DNA from: an uncultured cyanobacterium
GTDB taxonomy: Bacteria > Cyanobacteriota > Cyanobacteriia > Cyanobacteriales > CAWUOF01
Direction of reading: 5' to 3'
Length of the DNA: 64,000 bases
Assembly (NCBI GenBank): GCA_963744145.1
Contig: CAVUSO010000001.1
Span: forward strand, 2,304,001-2,368,000
This document shows, piece by piece, positions 12,315 to 23,124 of the stretch (its first letter is position 1; each line of letters begins with the position of its first letter). Under the pieces are notes generated by a model. It did not search any database and was not told the DNA's origin. It saw only the letters and a list, made by a program, of their open reading frames with translations. The translations under genes and the position numbers were made by a program.

Positions 12315-13483
12315 CCTAAACCTCTGTGTTGTCGCCAGTAGCGTTGAATTAGCTGATATCGAAAGCAAAATGTGCCATCAGATTTCTGAATAATGTAGTG
12401 ATCCCGCTGGATTAGCGTCAAAACATCCCGTACTTTTTCAATATTGGCATTAGCTAGACAAGCTAAAAGCTGATTGTATAGATCATTAAAAGATAGTGGT
12501 ACTAATGCCAAAGCCAAAATGTCCAACAAGTTTAGTGCTAGCGGTATTTCATCACTCAGATAGTAATTGTCAATGCGATCGCGATAGTGGCGTAAATCCC
12601 AACGATCTTGGGGATCGCTGAGGTAATTATTAACGATCTGATCGGCAATAATTGAGTCAACTGGATTATCCTGCTGCACCATCTCGTCAACAATGTGGTG
12701 AATGAAGTAGGGTATACAGTCAGCCGCATTAGCGATCGCCTTCGCAGTTATGATTAGATCATCGGTCTGAATGTTTTCTCCTTCAAGTAATCGCCGTGCT
12801 AAATCTTGAGCATCAGCATCTGACAGAGGTGGCACATCCTCTTTCTGCATATCATTAGTTGGAGCGTTTTTATATCCTGCTCTTTTCAGGGAAGTGAGGA
12901 CGTTGTGCAAACCAATTGAACCTGTAAAAACCATCCTTAAGCTGTCGTAAGTTTGCCGGAGCGATCGCAAAGTATCTAGCACTTCCATTGCTACTGTTTC
13001 ACCCGAATCTTGCTTAATGTTATCAAGCATTAGTGGCATCTCATCCCAGAAAAAAACTACCGTGCGGTCTTTTTGATTCTCTACCAGGTCTGCGATAGTT
13101 TTGGTTAGCAGAATTTTCCATTGGTCAGCAACCTCATTTGGAAATTTGATGATGCCACCAATCTCTACACCTTTCATAATTTTCAGCCATTCTCGTGCTT
13201 TGCCCTTAGTTTGTCCTAAAACAGTTAAATGTCCTTCTAAATCATTAAAAACTGTCTGAGCAAATTCCAGTGGCGATCGTACTCCCTCCAGTTCTCGGTA
13301 AATTGGTAACTTATCGGATGGTGGTTCCGCAGTCATTTTCTTGATAATGCTTGTTTTACCCATCCGTCGCTCTGCACTCAGAACAAGACTTTGCCGCTCC
13401 AGAATTCGCCACAAGCGTTGAATCAGTTTCTCTCTTCCTACAACTTCAGACGGAGGAATTTTGCCTCCTGGATTGACTCTCAT
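12311..13483 (-). CDS. AAA/archaeal-ATPase-like P-loop NTPase
   Basis: VVGRE, variant Walker A AERRMGKT, Walker B FFWDE, FTGSIG, IPYFI. Confidence 0.85.
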   Translation of the reverse strand: MRVNPGGKIPPSEVVGREKLIQRLWRILERQSLVLSAERRMGKTSIIKKMTAEPPSDKLPIYRELEGVRSPLEFAQTVFNDLEGHLTVLGQTKGKAREWLKIMKGVEIGGIIKFPNEVADQWKILLTKTIADLVENQKDRTVVFFWDEMPLMLDNIKQDSGETVAMEVLDTLRSLRQTYDSLRMVFTGSIGLHNVLTSLKRAGYKNAPTNDMQKEDVPPLSDADAQDLARRLLEGENIQTDDLIITAKAIANAADCIPYFIHHIVDEMVQQDNPVDSIIADQIVNNYLSDPQDRWDLRHYRDRIDNYYLSDEIPLALNLLDILALALVPLSFNDLYNQLLACLANANIEKVRDVLTLIQRDHYIIQKSDGTFCFRYQLIQRYWRQHRGLG

Positions 13484-13748
13484 TTTTTATGCTACCTTTT
13501 AATCCATATTTTTTTATTATACGTCAAAAATAACGTAGATAGTAGGGGCGTTGCTGACAAATTATAACAACAAAAATGCGATCGAGTGAATAATTCAGTT
13601 AAGCGTAGTGTGCGAGTCAGAAACTGGGATTGTAGACTATATATTGAGGTAGATTTAAAGAGCAACATTGGAGATAAATGGGATAACATCGCTACTACTA
13701 GATTTGTTAGACGAGGTTGGCGGTTTTAGGATCATATTGAGGGTAGCA

Positions 13749-15887
13749 TTAGCGGATAAAAAGATTACATCTAGGGCAATTTTGTCCACTTTTACCTTGT
13801 CCTGTACAAGCTCCACAATAAGGACAAATTTCTCTGATTCGTCCCGATTCTGGCACTTCATTAGACTCACATAGTGCTGAAAGTTGATCTCGTCCCAACA
13901 ATTGTTCTCGTGCCATCGCATGAACAGCGTCGTATGAAGACACATCTGCTTTTGATGTTGGTGGTTTCATTTTTAATGGTTCAAGTTTGGGAATAGGATT
14001 CTTACACTTGTCACATTCTCGCCAACTCCATTTAGCTGCACACTTGGGACATTTGCCTTCATTATCCTTAAATTTCGATCGCACACTGCTAAGGTCAGCA
14101 TCACATACCGGACACAAAGACGGATGGATACCATAAAGTAAATCCACCCCTAAAGTATGAAAGCGGAAAAACCGTTGGAATCGCTCCAATGTACTTAAAT
14201 CCAACGGACTAGCAGGCATCATACCAACACGATAACCAGCATTATGATTAACAAATAACTTATAATCCTCTGAAGTCATAAATTTTTCACCAATATTTAG
14301 CATTCGTTGAATTGACTCTGGTGCTACCTTCCTCATTTTTCGATCGCGCGGATCGGTTGGGTGTACGAGCAACACGGAAATCCTCTTCTGGTTATGATTG
14401 CGGTTTTGTTGTTTGGCAACTTTATTAGTTGGAACGACTAGGGTTTTGCCATTATGATAAAGAGTATCTACAGTCTTTTTGACTTCATCATGATTACCAA
14501 AAAGCGATCGCGCTACTGGAATTATTACCAGTTGAATATGAGTTGGATGAGATGGCGATCGCTGATTACCATTAGATTGCCAGATTAAATCTATATTTAT
14601 ATTCAAAGTTCTTTGATCGGGAGGTTGCACTACAACAGTCCACCCTTCCCACTGTAATGCTTGATTAAACTCTAACTCTGGTGGGAAATTCTCAGGTTTA
14701 GTATTTGCACTATCAAACCCAATCCAACGCAGAGCTAACAGCACACAGCCATAGATATACTTGGCATAATCTAACTGGATGCTACACCGACTCGGACTTT
14801 GTTCTGCTAAGTTAGGATTTTGAACTCCTGCAATTATCTCCCATAACTGGCTGATGCGCCGATAATCCGAATCCATTTTCAAAATATTGGTCGGTTTTAA
14901 AGGTGATACCACATCCGGTTTACTAGATAGACTTTTATAAAGAACTGAGTCTAAACAACTGCTGACCTCAGTATATAAACGGCTAATTTTAGCTCTCAGT
15001 TCCTTGGATTTTTCGTATTCTTGTGAATGGTCTTGTTCAAGTATTGTATCTAGATTTTTCCAGAGTTTCTTGAGCCTCTGATCTCGGAGCCAATTGTATT
15101 GATATCCGGTAAATAAATTTTCATGTAGTGTCTCTATTTGATAATAGGCACGATTTACTTCACGAAGTCGCTCTTCTAACCATCCGAGTAACCGTCGAAT
15201 TAGGGTGGCGACCACCCGATTTTCATACAAGTCTAGTGTTTCTTCAGGTACTTCACTGATAATTCGAGCAGGAGTAATGCGTGTTGCAGTACGAGACTGC
15301 CATAATTCTGGTCGAGACGCTAAATGTTCGATGGCATTTGGTGGAATACGTCTAGCGCGGTCGATCGGCATTACTCGACGTTCTACTATCAATGTCCGCC
15401 TGGGTTTACTACATATTCTAATTAAAGAAGGTAAAGTTTCTGCGATCGCATCGTCGATGTTCAATGCTTTCTGATCCGTCAGAGAATCGCGAATAGTACC
15501 GGGAGAAAAAAACGGCAGACATAATAGTTCTTCTTTTGATAAGCTGGGCGAAAGTTTGTTAGCTTGATTTGCAAAAAGAACCAAAGCATCTACCATCACT
15601 TCATCAAGAAGTGTCTGCGATGGCACCTCAAACTTATACCGCCCAATAATTATTCCGACCGGTTGAGAAATCCGCACAGAGCAGCATCCCTCAGCATCAA
15701 CTAAAATTGGCAAATCGCCAGTATGTTCTTGCTTATTGTCGTTGAATGCAATTTCTATTTCGCCATCTTCAGTAGTGCAGTTAATCCGTATTCGGTAGTC
15801 GTCAATACTATCTAAATGACGACGTTCCCCAGGTTGAACAACTTCTAACTCACCAGTCCACCGATTAACTAAAGAAAGAGTTACCAT
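13749..15887 (-). CDS. DUF2357/McrC-like protein with C-terminal multi-CxxC Zn ribbons (CnuC-like)
   Basis: ETLDLYENRVV...L..L and KPTNILKMDSDYRRI are typical of DUF2357. CPVC, CPKC, CDKC, CPYC and CPRC. Follows the McrB-like gene. Confidence 0.75.
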   Translation of the reverse strand: MVTLSLVNRWTGELEVVQPGERRHLDSIDDYRIRINCTTEDGEIEIAFNDNKQEHTGDLPILVDAEGCCSVRISQPVGIIIGRYKFEVPSQTLLDEVMVDALVLFANQANKLSPSLSKEELLCLPFFSPGTIRDSLTDQKALNIDDAIAETLPSLIRICSKPRRTLIVERRVMPIDRARRIPPNAIEHLASRPELWQSRTATRITPARIISEVPEETLDLYENRVVATLIRRLLGWLEERLREVNRAYYQIETLHENLFTGYQYNWLRDQRLKKLWKNLDTILEQDHSQEYEKSKELRAKISRLYTEVSSCLDSVLYKSLSSKPDVVSPLKPTNILKMDSDYRRISQLWEIIAGVQNPNLAEQSPSRCSIQLDYAKYIYGCVLLALRWIGFDSANTKPENFPPELEFNQALQWEGWTVVVQPPDQRTLNINIDLIWQSNGNQRSPSHPTHIQLVIIPVARSLFGNHDEVKKTVDTLYHNGKTLVVPTNKVAKQQNRNHNQKRISVLLVHPTDPRDRKMRKVAPESIQRMLNIGEKFMTSEDYKLFVNHNAGYRVGMMPASPLDLSTLERFQRFFRFHTLGVDLLYGIHPSLCPVCDADLSSVRSKFKDNEGKCPKCAAKWSWRECDKCKNPIPKLEPLKMKPPTSKADVSSYDAVHAMAREQLLGRDQLSALCESNEVPESGRIREICPYCGACTGQGKSGQNCPRCNLFIR

Positions 15888-15890
15888 AGC

Positions 15891-18242
15891 CTACCGTTTA
15901 AATTTATTAATCTCGCGATCGAGCAAATCAAGAGATATAGCAGGATTGTCCAGGGAATTATCATTAAAATGCTGCTTAATTGTATCTCTTACTTCTTGCA
16001 GCCTAGAGCGCACATTAGGATCAGTTCGATTTTGGACTTGCCAAAGTAACTTCCTAGCTATAAAGTGATCTAACCCGTTGCTTAATGAACCCCCTGTTGC
16101 TTTATAAGCAGGAAGAAAGATCAACAATTGATCCAATAAACGTTGTCCGTAACCTACTTGGAAATATTCATCCAGTTTTGCACCAATCTTCTTAATACAA
16201 TCATTAGTAGTTGCTCGCTCTTTTGGGGAAAAACTTTCGATCGCATTCTTCACAGCTTTGCGAAAGTCTAAAATATTTAGGCTAGCTGCTTGTGTAGAAG
16301 ATAATTTTTCTTGTTGGGGTGCTTTATCTATTTGCAGAATTTGGGCACGATCATATACTTTGCGAGTAATTTCGTAAGTGGACTCATCTGTATTAGCGGT
16401 GCCAATAAACCAAACATTATCAGGAATCGGTAGGTTCACAGCCCCATTTTTCAATTTCAGTCCTTTAGGAAGATTACCGCTTGTAGGGTCGTGATTTAGA
16501 AGTTCAATCTCTCTATCTTCTAGACGACCTTCCATAATCGAGAGCAGATCAGCAAAATAGTATTCTACCCGCGATAAATTCATTTCATCTAATACAATAA
16601 AATAGGGATAATCACGATAGGATTTGGTTCCAGCTTCATAAAGCGCTCTCGAAAAGGGAGATTCATTAAAAACCCGGAAGAAAGAATTGTAAGACCCTAG
16701 TAAATCCAGTTTATCTCGCCAACTAGACTGCACCTCGATTCTGGCAAATTTTCCACCGACTGCGTAAGAAAAATATTCTGGTAAGCTAGTCTTACCTGTA
16801 CCACTCACCCCTTGGATAATAATTAATTTGGAAGATGCCATTGAAGCAATAAATGCCTGAATTATATGCACATCATAATAGTGGGCAAAAAGCGAACTTT
16901 CAGCTTGCCCTGTTTCTAATTCTTCGCGAGTTGGTAAACTTGCCATCCAAGTACGAGTTTGATGAGCCAACTTATTAAGGGTATTAACATTTTCCCTCTC
17001 AATATTGTCAGGGACATGATTAGTTTCACTATCAATTTCAGCAAAGTTTGCAAAGGCTTGAATTTTCTTATCTTTAAGAGTCCCCAGCATTCGCTCTAAG
17101 TCTTCTATTTGTTCTTTCCAATATTCATTAAGTAGTTTGAGTCTATCTCTTTCTTTGCGGAGATTTTCAGTTTCTTCTCTTCCTCTTTCTTGCTGGCGGC
17201 GGATGCGTTCTAAATCATCGACTTTAGCTTGTAAATCCCGATACATTGCCTCGAAATCGATTGCAGCTTCAGCACGACGACGCAATTCAGTAAGTTCCGC
17301 TTCTGACGGATATTGCTCAAGAATTTGCTCGTACTCTCGCAGCTTATTCTCCAGTATTGTATTCTCTTGCAACAGTCTTTCTGGTGAACCTGATGTAGAT
17401 TGAAGAATATTTTTACTTTGTTGTAATTCTTCTATAAGCCGATAATTTTGTTGTTCGATAACTTCAATCCGTTGCTGAATACCTTTTTTTTCAGCTGTTA
17501 ATCTATTGACCGCATCTTCTGAGCAATTACGCTCACGTTCAGCTATTTCTCGTTCCTTCTGTTGCAATTTTTTCTTTTGTTCAGTAAGCCGGTTATTTTC
17601 ATCTTTAATGTCTTGCTCTCGATCTTCAATGTCTTGTTCTCGGCGTTTAACTTGCCTTTGTAAATTGCGAATATTATCTTCTCTTGTTTGAATTGACTTT
17701 TCTTTCTCATCGGCTTCTTGGCGACGTAATTCTAGCTCCTGAAGCGTTTTTTCTCTGGTTCTTTGGCGGTGTTCACTTGCTAGAGATTGTGCGTCTTCAA
17801 TAATTTTATCAGCTTCATTCTGAGCATTACTCTTAATATTTTGAGCTTCACTGATTATTTCTTCTGCTTGTATCTTTGCAGCTTGAACAATCCGTTCTCG
17901 CTCTTTTTTAATTTCCTGTTCTTTTTGGATTTTCCACCCTTGACGAGCAGATGCTTCTAACTCTTTAAATCCATTGATAGCTTGTTGTTCCTTATTATCC
18001 AATTCCTCCCTTCTTTTAAGAAATTCATCTTCTTCTGCTTTATATTTTTCTAATTCGGATTCTAGTTCCTTGATTTTTTTTTGAAGCTGTTGTGGATCTT
18101 GAGACTGAGCATTAACATTGACTGGATTTTGAATAGATGCAACAGGACTAGTAGGTTTCACAGTAGATTCAACCTTTGCTGGTGGTTGCGAAGGTAGATT
18201 AGAGCGAGTTTGATTTACATTTCTTCTATTCTTATTAGCCAT
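15891..18242 (-). CDS. Coiled-coil McrB-family AAA+ NTPase (CnuB-like)
   Basis: About 350 aa of coiled coil, then GVSGTGKT, VQSSWRD, LDEMNLSRVEYYFAD and GTANTDES...KVYDRA. Confidence 0.88.
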   Translation of the reverse strand: MANKNRRNVNQTRSNLPSQPPAKVESTVKPTSPVASIQNPVNVNAQSQDPQQLQKKIKELESELEKYKAEEDEFLKRREELDNKEQQAINGFKELEASARQGWKIQKEQEIKKERERIVQAAKIQAEEIISEAQNIKSNAQNEADKIIEDAQSLASEHRQRTREKTLQELELRRQEADEKEKSIQTREDNIRNLQRQVKRREQDIEDREQDIKDENNRLTEQKKKLQQKEREIAERERNCSEDAVNRLTAEKKGIQQRIEVIEQQNYRLIEELQQSKNILQSTSGSPERLLQENTILENKLREYEQILEQYPSEAELTELRRRAEAAIDFEAMYRDLQAKVDDLERIRRQQERGREETENLRKERDRLKLLNEYWKEQIEDLERMLGTLKDKKIQAFANFAEIDSETNHVPDNIERENVNTLNKLAHQTRTWMASLPTREELETGQAESSLFAHYYDVHIIQAFIASMASSKLIIIQGVSGTGKTSLPEYFSYAVGGKFARIEVQSSWRDKLDLLGSYNSFFRVFNESPFSRALYEAGTKSYRDYPYFIVLDEMNLSRVEYYFADLLSIMEGRLEDREIELLNHDPTSGNLPKGLKLKNGAVNLPIPDNVWFIGTANTDESTYEITRKVYDRAQILQIDKAPQQEKLSSTQAASLNILDFRKAVKNAIESFSPKERATTNDCIKKIGAKLDEYFQVGYGQRLLDQLLIFLPAYKATGGSLSNGLDHFIARKLLWQVQNRTDPNVRSRLQEVRDTIKQHFNDNSLDNPAISLDLLDREINKFKR

Positions 18243-18260
18243 TTATACCTCTGACTATCA

Positions 18261-19910
18261 TTAGCTGATTAGTAAGCGCCATGCTTTGATAACAGAACGG
18301 ACAATTTGATAGGTTTTTGCAACTAAATCCTGAACCAAAATGATGGGATCATTGTGACTTTCACCTGCATGAGCGCCGAACTGGTTACGGTTTTGAGTAA
18401 TCTGGTCTAAATCTGATAAAAAAGCAGGATTTTCTTGTAGTAGGTGTTCAAGAATGCGTCGATGTAAGCTAGATTTTCGACTAGATGACAATAGAAATGT
18501 AGCAATGTATGGACGTAAGGAATTTGGATCACCATCAAGGACACTACGAATTGCTCCTAGTTTAGTACATAAAATTCGCTCAGGGATCTCGCTTGTGGAA
18601 CAAGCTTGAACTGTATCGCTCAAACATTGTTTTAACGCATTTTCCTTTTTGTAGGATTCCCAAATATTATCAGGTATTGTATCAACTTTTAGTAAAGATA
18701 TCATTAATTGCTCTAAAACCCTTTGAACTCGTGTGAGCGTTGTATCTATCTCATTAAATCCACTTTCTAAAAACGATCGCGATTGTTCCATCCGTTCAAT
18801 TTCTTCCCAAACTGGCTCCCATAATGGATCAGGAGGTTGTCCAATCTCCAAAACTACTTTATTGTAAACTTGACGTGCTACAGTAACAGGTTCAAGATTG
18901 GGAGGTTGTTTAGATTTCCAGATTTGACGGCTATGAGATTGTAAATCTTCTACAATTTTCTTACCCTCTTCACATTGGGATGTGGCAAAATTTAGTAAGC
19001 GGACCCAACGAAAACCATCGGGAAGCCCAAAGGGACAACGGATCGAAAATAAACCATCATAAGATCCTGTAATAATGCAAGATACTAACAAATAAAAACG
19101 TTGCGATCGCTTATTCAAAAAGCGTACTCTAAATTTTTCTCCTAGTTCGGCTTTTTTAGGTTTTTTAATTGGTAAGTTATCGATTTCACGAATTTTAATA
19201 AACTCACCGACATCAACTGAAGGATGATCATCGTTAGTTGGCTCTTGAACTCGTTTGAACAAACGGCGGTATGTTTCTATTGCCAATATAACATTAGAAG
19301 TATTAGGAGGAGTTAAATTTTGCTTAATCCAAGGTAGTTGAAAAGCTTGGGTAATATTCGAGCGATTGGGGTCAGCAAAATAGAGATTTTCTGTATAAAA
19401 AAAAGGAAGCAACTCTCCTGCTGTAGCATCTTGAAAAATCCAACCATAGCTGGTTCTTTCTTCCTCCCCTTCACCTTCCTGTTGGAGAATTTTTTCTCCT
19501 TTTTCAGTCAGACGACCATGATTATCAAGATAGTCTTGATTTTTCAAGTCCATCATAACATTAAAGAGGAAATCTTTGTGCTGTCCCATTAATTTTGCTT
19601 GCTCTTGATGGCTGATGATTCCAGCACGAGCTAAACGTAAAGAAGTCAGTTGTAGTAAATCTAATTGCCGATCTGTCACTTGAGGAGCAGCAATTCTCCA
19701 TCCATAAACGGGCCATAAAATAGTCTGCTGGTAATCATTCTGAGCTTCATCTGGTCGAATAAATCTGAGAATTCCCACATTTGGCTCTCTAGGTTCTCCA
19801 TCTGAACCGCGATCGCTAGACAAAGGTAGAGGAAATTCATCCTCAAAAAGTAGTTCCTCATCGTCAAATTCAAAGGACATATTGTTATCTTCGCGTTCAG
19901 ATGTCTGCAT
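18261..19910 (-). CDS. wHTH + C-terminal HEPN-like effector (CnuE-like)
   Basis: PVYGW followed by a wHTH-like segment; C-terminal RNQFGAH resembles the HEPN Rx4-6H motif. Start chosen at 19910 from the AGGAAGGA RBS; 19880 is an alternative. Confidence 0.65.
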   Translation of the reverse strand: MQTSEREDNNMSFEFDDEELLFEDEFPLPLSSDRGSDGEPREPNVGILRFIRPDEAQNDYQQTILWPVYGWRIAAPQVTDRQLDLLQLTSLRLARAGIISHQEQAKLMGQHKDFLFNVMMDLKNQDYLDNHGRLTEKGEKILQQEGEGEEERTSYGWIFQDATAGELLPFFYTENLYFADPNRSNITQAFQLPWIKQNLTPPNTSNVILAIETYRRLFKRVQEPTNDDHPSVDVGEFIKIREIDNLPIKKPKKAELGEKFRVRFLNKRSQRFYLLVSCIITGSYDGLFSIRCPFGLPDGFRWVRLLNFATSQCEEGKKIVEDLQSHSRQIWKSKQPPNLEPVTVARQVYNKVVLEIGQPPDPLWEPVWEEIERMEQSRSFLESGFNEIDTTLTRVQRVLEQLMISLLKVDTIPDNIWESYKKENALKQCLSDTVQACSTSEIPERILCTKLGAIRSVLDGDPNSLRPYIATFLLSSSRKSSLHRRILEHLLQENPAFLSDLDQITQNRNQFGAHAGESHNDPIILVQDLVAKTYQIVRSVIKAWRLLIS

Positions 19911-22900
19911 ATCCTTCCTCACTGCGACAGAGATCAATAAAAGCTTTTAGTATCTTAGACCAGGGTGTACCATCGGAGCGCATTCCCGCAACACAGGTAG
20001 CATCTCCTACTCCAATTAAAACACATCGAGCGCGGCTAAATGCAACACAAAGCCGATTGGGTAATGCGGTAAACCCAAGACGCTGTTCAATTGATGAGTT
20101 CTGATTACTACGAACTGTGGAGAGATATACTATATCATACTCGCGTCCCTGAAAAGCATCAACAGTACCAACACGCACCCGCTCTTGGAGATGCTCAGGT
20201 AAACCGTTACGCTGATCTGCGATCGCATCTTTAAGTGCTTCTTCTTGAGCAGAGTAAAATGCAATCACTCCCACCATTCCAGTAGGTTGATTTGGATCAA
20301 AATTAGGATATTTTTCCTCAATTCGTGGTAAAATACGGCGCAGTTCAGCCATAATCCGAATAACTTCAGCAGGTCTTTCCCAGCTCGATTTACCAGACCG
20401 CTTTTCACCTCCTTGATGATCTGGGATATTCAACCAAACTACAGGTTTTTGATTGTACTCTCCTGTGTAATTCGGTCGTGCTTCTGGTTTGACAAAATTG
20501 GAATTAAGGGGGCTTTCCGGATAAAAATAATCACTAATAAATTTACCAATTGTTGGGTGCATCCGAAACTGATCTGTCAATTGAGCAGTCCGTTCAATCC
20601 CATCTATTGCTGTTTGTTGAGGCAGAGATGCCCAGAGTCTTTCAAATAAACTCTTTCCATAAACTTCTCTTAGCTTTTCATCACCTTCTTTGGCTAAACT
20701 CTGCGCTATTTCTCGCTCCAAAACATGGGGAAGTTGTTTGTGATCACCAACTAAGATAATTCTTCGTCCTTTCACCATTGGTATTAGTAAATCTAGTGGG
20801 TTTGCTCTTGCTGCTTCATCTACTATCACTAGGGTAAATGTTCGATCATTCATTCCTAGGTGCTTCGAGTCTGCTTGTCCACAACTAGCAGCTTGAACTG
20901 GTGAATATTTCCGAATAACTTCTCTAACGTGATTGGGGGATTCCTCTAAATCTCGCACAAATAGTTCAAGGGTATCTTGTACCCCTTCCTCACTTTTAAC
21001 GCGAACTGCTTCGACTTCCTCAATAGCAGCTAGGAGACATCGTTCTATTTTCTCATCAGAAACATCCTGTTCAGCAATGGCTTGGGTAATAGGAATCTCT
21101 AGCAATTGTTGGCGAATACCAATACAGGCATTTTTCAAAGAAAGCCAAGGTTCTAGATTAACTGTATTTTCTTCACTCCACAATATCGCGACTTCCACAG
21201 CTTCAATAATATCATGAGAAAGATGATCTAAATAAGGATCTAAAAAACGTCGCAGCCTTCGAGCTTGCCGATTTCCATCCTCTTTGAAACTTTCTGCTGT
21301 AATACATTGCTGATTGAGTCGTCGCTCCAGTTCATCTCGATCATCAGCATCTTCAATTATTGGCTGATTTTGCGCTTGAATGACTGGAACAGTACCTGCA
21401 AGATGATCGATTTCAGCAACTCGTTGAGCAGATAAAAAGGTTTCTGCTACATTACGAAAATCTAAAAGGATTTCACGAGTTCCTTCACGTCCACCTGCTG
21501 AGGTGCGCCAATGGGAAAGATAACCTTTGAGTTTGTCAATTAACACCAGAGTTGGAGATGGTTCGGTAGAGAGGTGAGAACGAACTACTTGAATAACTTG
21601 GTTTCTCCAAGTTTGAATGGTTTCAGCACCTCGATCTTCCCCTTTTTTGCCTCCTAATCTATCTACCGGAAGTCCACCAATACTCATACTAGCGATCGCA
21701 TTATCTACTGCTTCATGCTGAAGACTTGTTACCAAAACAGTTTCCAACACTTCACCTGGATCTCGTCCATCATTAAGCATCATCAGCAGTGCTTGAATTA
21801 CTCTGGTCTTTCCCGTTCCCGGAGGTCCCTGAATCAGCGCAATATCCGGTGTACTCAGTGCAATTCTCAGCGCTTTTTCCTGAGCAGGTGTTGGTCCATT
21901 TTCACCAAAAATCTTGCGTGCAGTTTTAGTTAGTAGTTGCTTTTTCCGGGGAGGAATTACTCTATCAAAGGATTTACCTTCTAGAATTAAACCCAAATAA
22001 GGAAGACCAGAACGTGCCGATTCTAAAGTAGTTAGTGCTTTTTCACGTCTTTGAATTCGAGATTTTTCCAGACCCATTGAGGGATAGATTTCCCCATCTT
22101 TGTTAGGATATTCCTGCTGACCTTCCCAAACCAAAGTTAGGCAATGGGTATTAAGATTGTATCCTGATACTGATCCTTCAGGCATACCGATGTTATCTTG
22201 AATGGTTACAGGGATACCATCTCCTGAAATATGTTTAAGCCAAGGTGTTATGTTGGCAGATGGTTTTAAATAAAAATTTAGTAAATTTCTATTACCATCG
22301 TTAGAAATAAGACTTTGTATTCCGTTGTATGGTAAAGGAGATAGCAGCCCAAAACGCTCTTCTAAAATTCGATTTTCTTCAGCATTATACTCTTTCCAAC
22401 TCGCAATCCAACTATTATTTTCCTGAACAGCTTTGCTCAATGCTGAAATAGCCGCCGATCGCATTGTGCTAGCAACGGTTTGATCACAAAACTCTAATGA
22501 TTCCCGCATCAAATAAATAGAGCGATCGCTCAAGTTACGCCCTAGTCGCTTCATAGCTTCTGCTACAATCTGCCCGTCTTTTTGGGGAACTAAATTGAGT
22601 GACCAAGACTTTCCTAACACAGAAAATCCCTTCTGAAAATCTGGATCTTTGACCCCTGATGTTACAAACCAATAACCTAAGTGATTAAGTATAAATTCTT
22701 CTTTTAATTGGCGTTTAGCATCTTGAAAGTTTTTGACTTTACGCCAATTCTTACTAACAACTGTTTCAATAAACTCGTCAGTGATAGCAACTTCTAATTG
22801 AACTGGGATTTCGGAATTAGGTACATTAAAAGAACGCCCATCAATTTCAATTGTATTGTCTGTCGCTTTCATAATGCAACCTACAATTAAAGTGTGCCCT

Positions 22901-23124
22901 GATTGCAGTTCTGCCAACAGTATTTTAGCATCAGGTGAATCTGGTTTAATTTCAATGATTGTCTCATCATCCCTACCGTTAGGAATTTGAAAGCATAGAG
23001 TGTTTTCATCAATTCGCTTTAATTCAACAATCTTATCCTCCCAATTATCATTATTTCTTAGGTTGAAGCTATGTAAAAAATGCCCACCTACTTGTTTGCC
23101 AAATTTGAGGTCAAATAATTTCAT
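19897..23124 (-). CDS. SF1B Upf1/DNA2-like helicase (CnuH-like)
   Basis: QGPPGTGKT, VDEAARA, GDHKQLP, QFRMHP, TVDAFQGRE, VAFSRAR. Confidence 0.92.
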   Translation of the reverse strand: MKLFDLKFGKQVGGHFLHSFNLRNNDNWEDKIVELKRIDENTLCFQIPNGRDDETIIEIKPDSPDAKILLAELQSGHTLIVGCIMKATDNTIEIDGRSFNVPNSEIPVQLEVAITDEFIETVVSKNWRKVKNFQDAKRQLKEEFILNHLGYWFVTSGVKDPDFQKGFSVLGKSWSLNLVPQKDGQIVAEAMKRLGRNLSDRSIYLMRESLEFCDQTVASTMRSAAISALSKAVQENNSWIASWKEYNAEENRILEERFGLLSPLPYNGIQSLISNDGNRNLLNFYLKPSANITPWLKHISGDGIPVTIQDNIGMPEGSVSGYNLNTHCLTLVWEGQQEYPNKDGEIYPSMGLEKSRIQRREKALTTLESARSGLPYLGLILEGKSFDRVIPPRKKQLLTKTARKIFGENGPTPAQEKALRIALSTPDIALIQGPPGTGKTRVIQALLMMLNDGRDPGEVLETVLVTSLQHEAVDNAIASMSIGGLPVDRLGGKKGEDRGAETIQTWRNQVIQVVRSHLSTEPSPTLVLIDKLKGYLSHWRTSAGGREGTREILLDFRNVAETFLSAQRVAEIDHLAGTVPVIQAQNQPIIEDADDRDELERRLNQQCITAESFKEDGNRQARRLRRFLDPYLDHLSHDIIEAVEVAILWSEENTVNLEPWLSLKNACIGIRQQLLEIPITQAIAEQDVSDEKIERCLLAAIEEVEAVRVKSEEGVQDTLELFVRDLEESPNHVREVIRKYSPVQAASCGQADSKHLGMNDRTFTLVIVDEAARANPLDLLIPMVKGRRIILVGDHKQLPHVLEREIAQSLAKEGDEKLREVYGKSLFERLWASLPQQTAIDGIERTAQLTDQFRMHPTIGKFISDYFYPESPLNSNFVKPEARPNYTGEYNQKPVVWLNIPDHQGGEKRSGKSSWERPAEVIRIMAELRRILPRIEEKYPNFDPNQPTGMVGVIAFYSAQEEALKDAIADQRNGLPEHLQERVRVGTVDAFQGREYDIVYLSTVRSNQNSSIEQRLGFTALPNRLCVAFSRARCVLIGVGDATCVAGMRSDGTPWSKILKAFIDLCRSEEGYADI

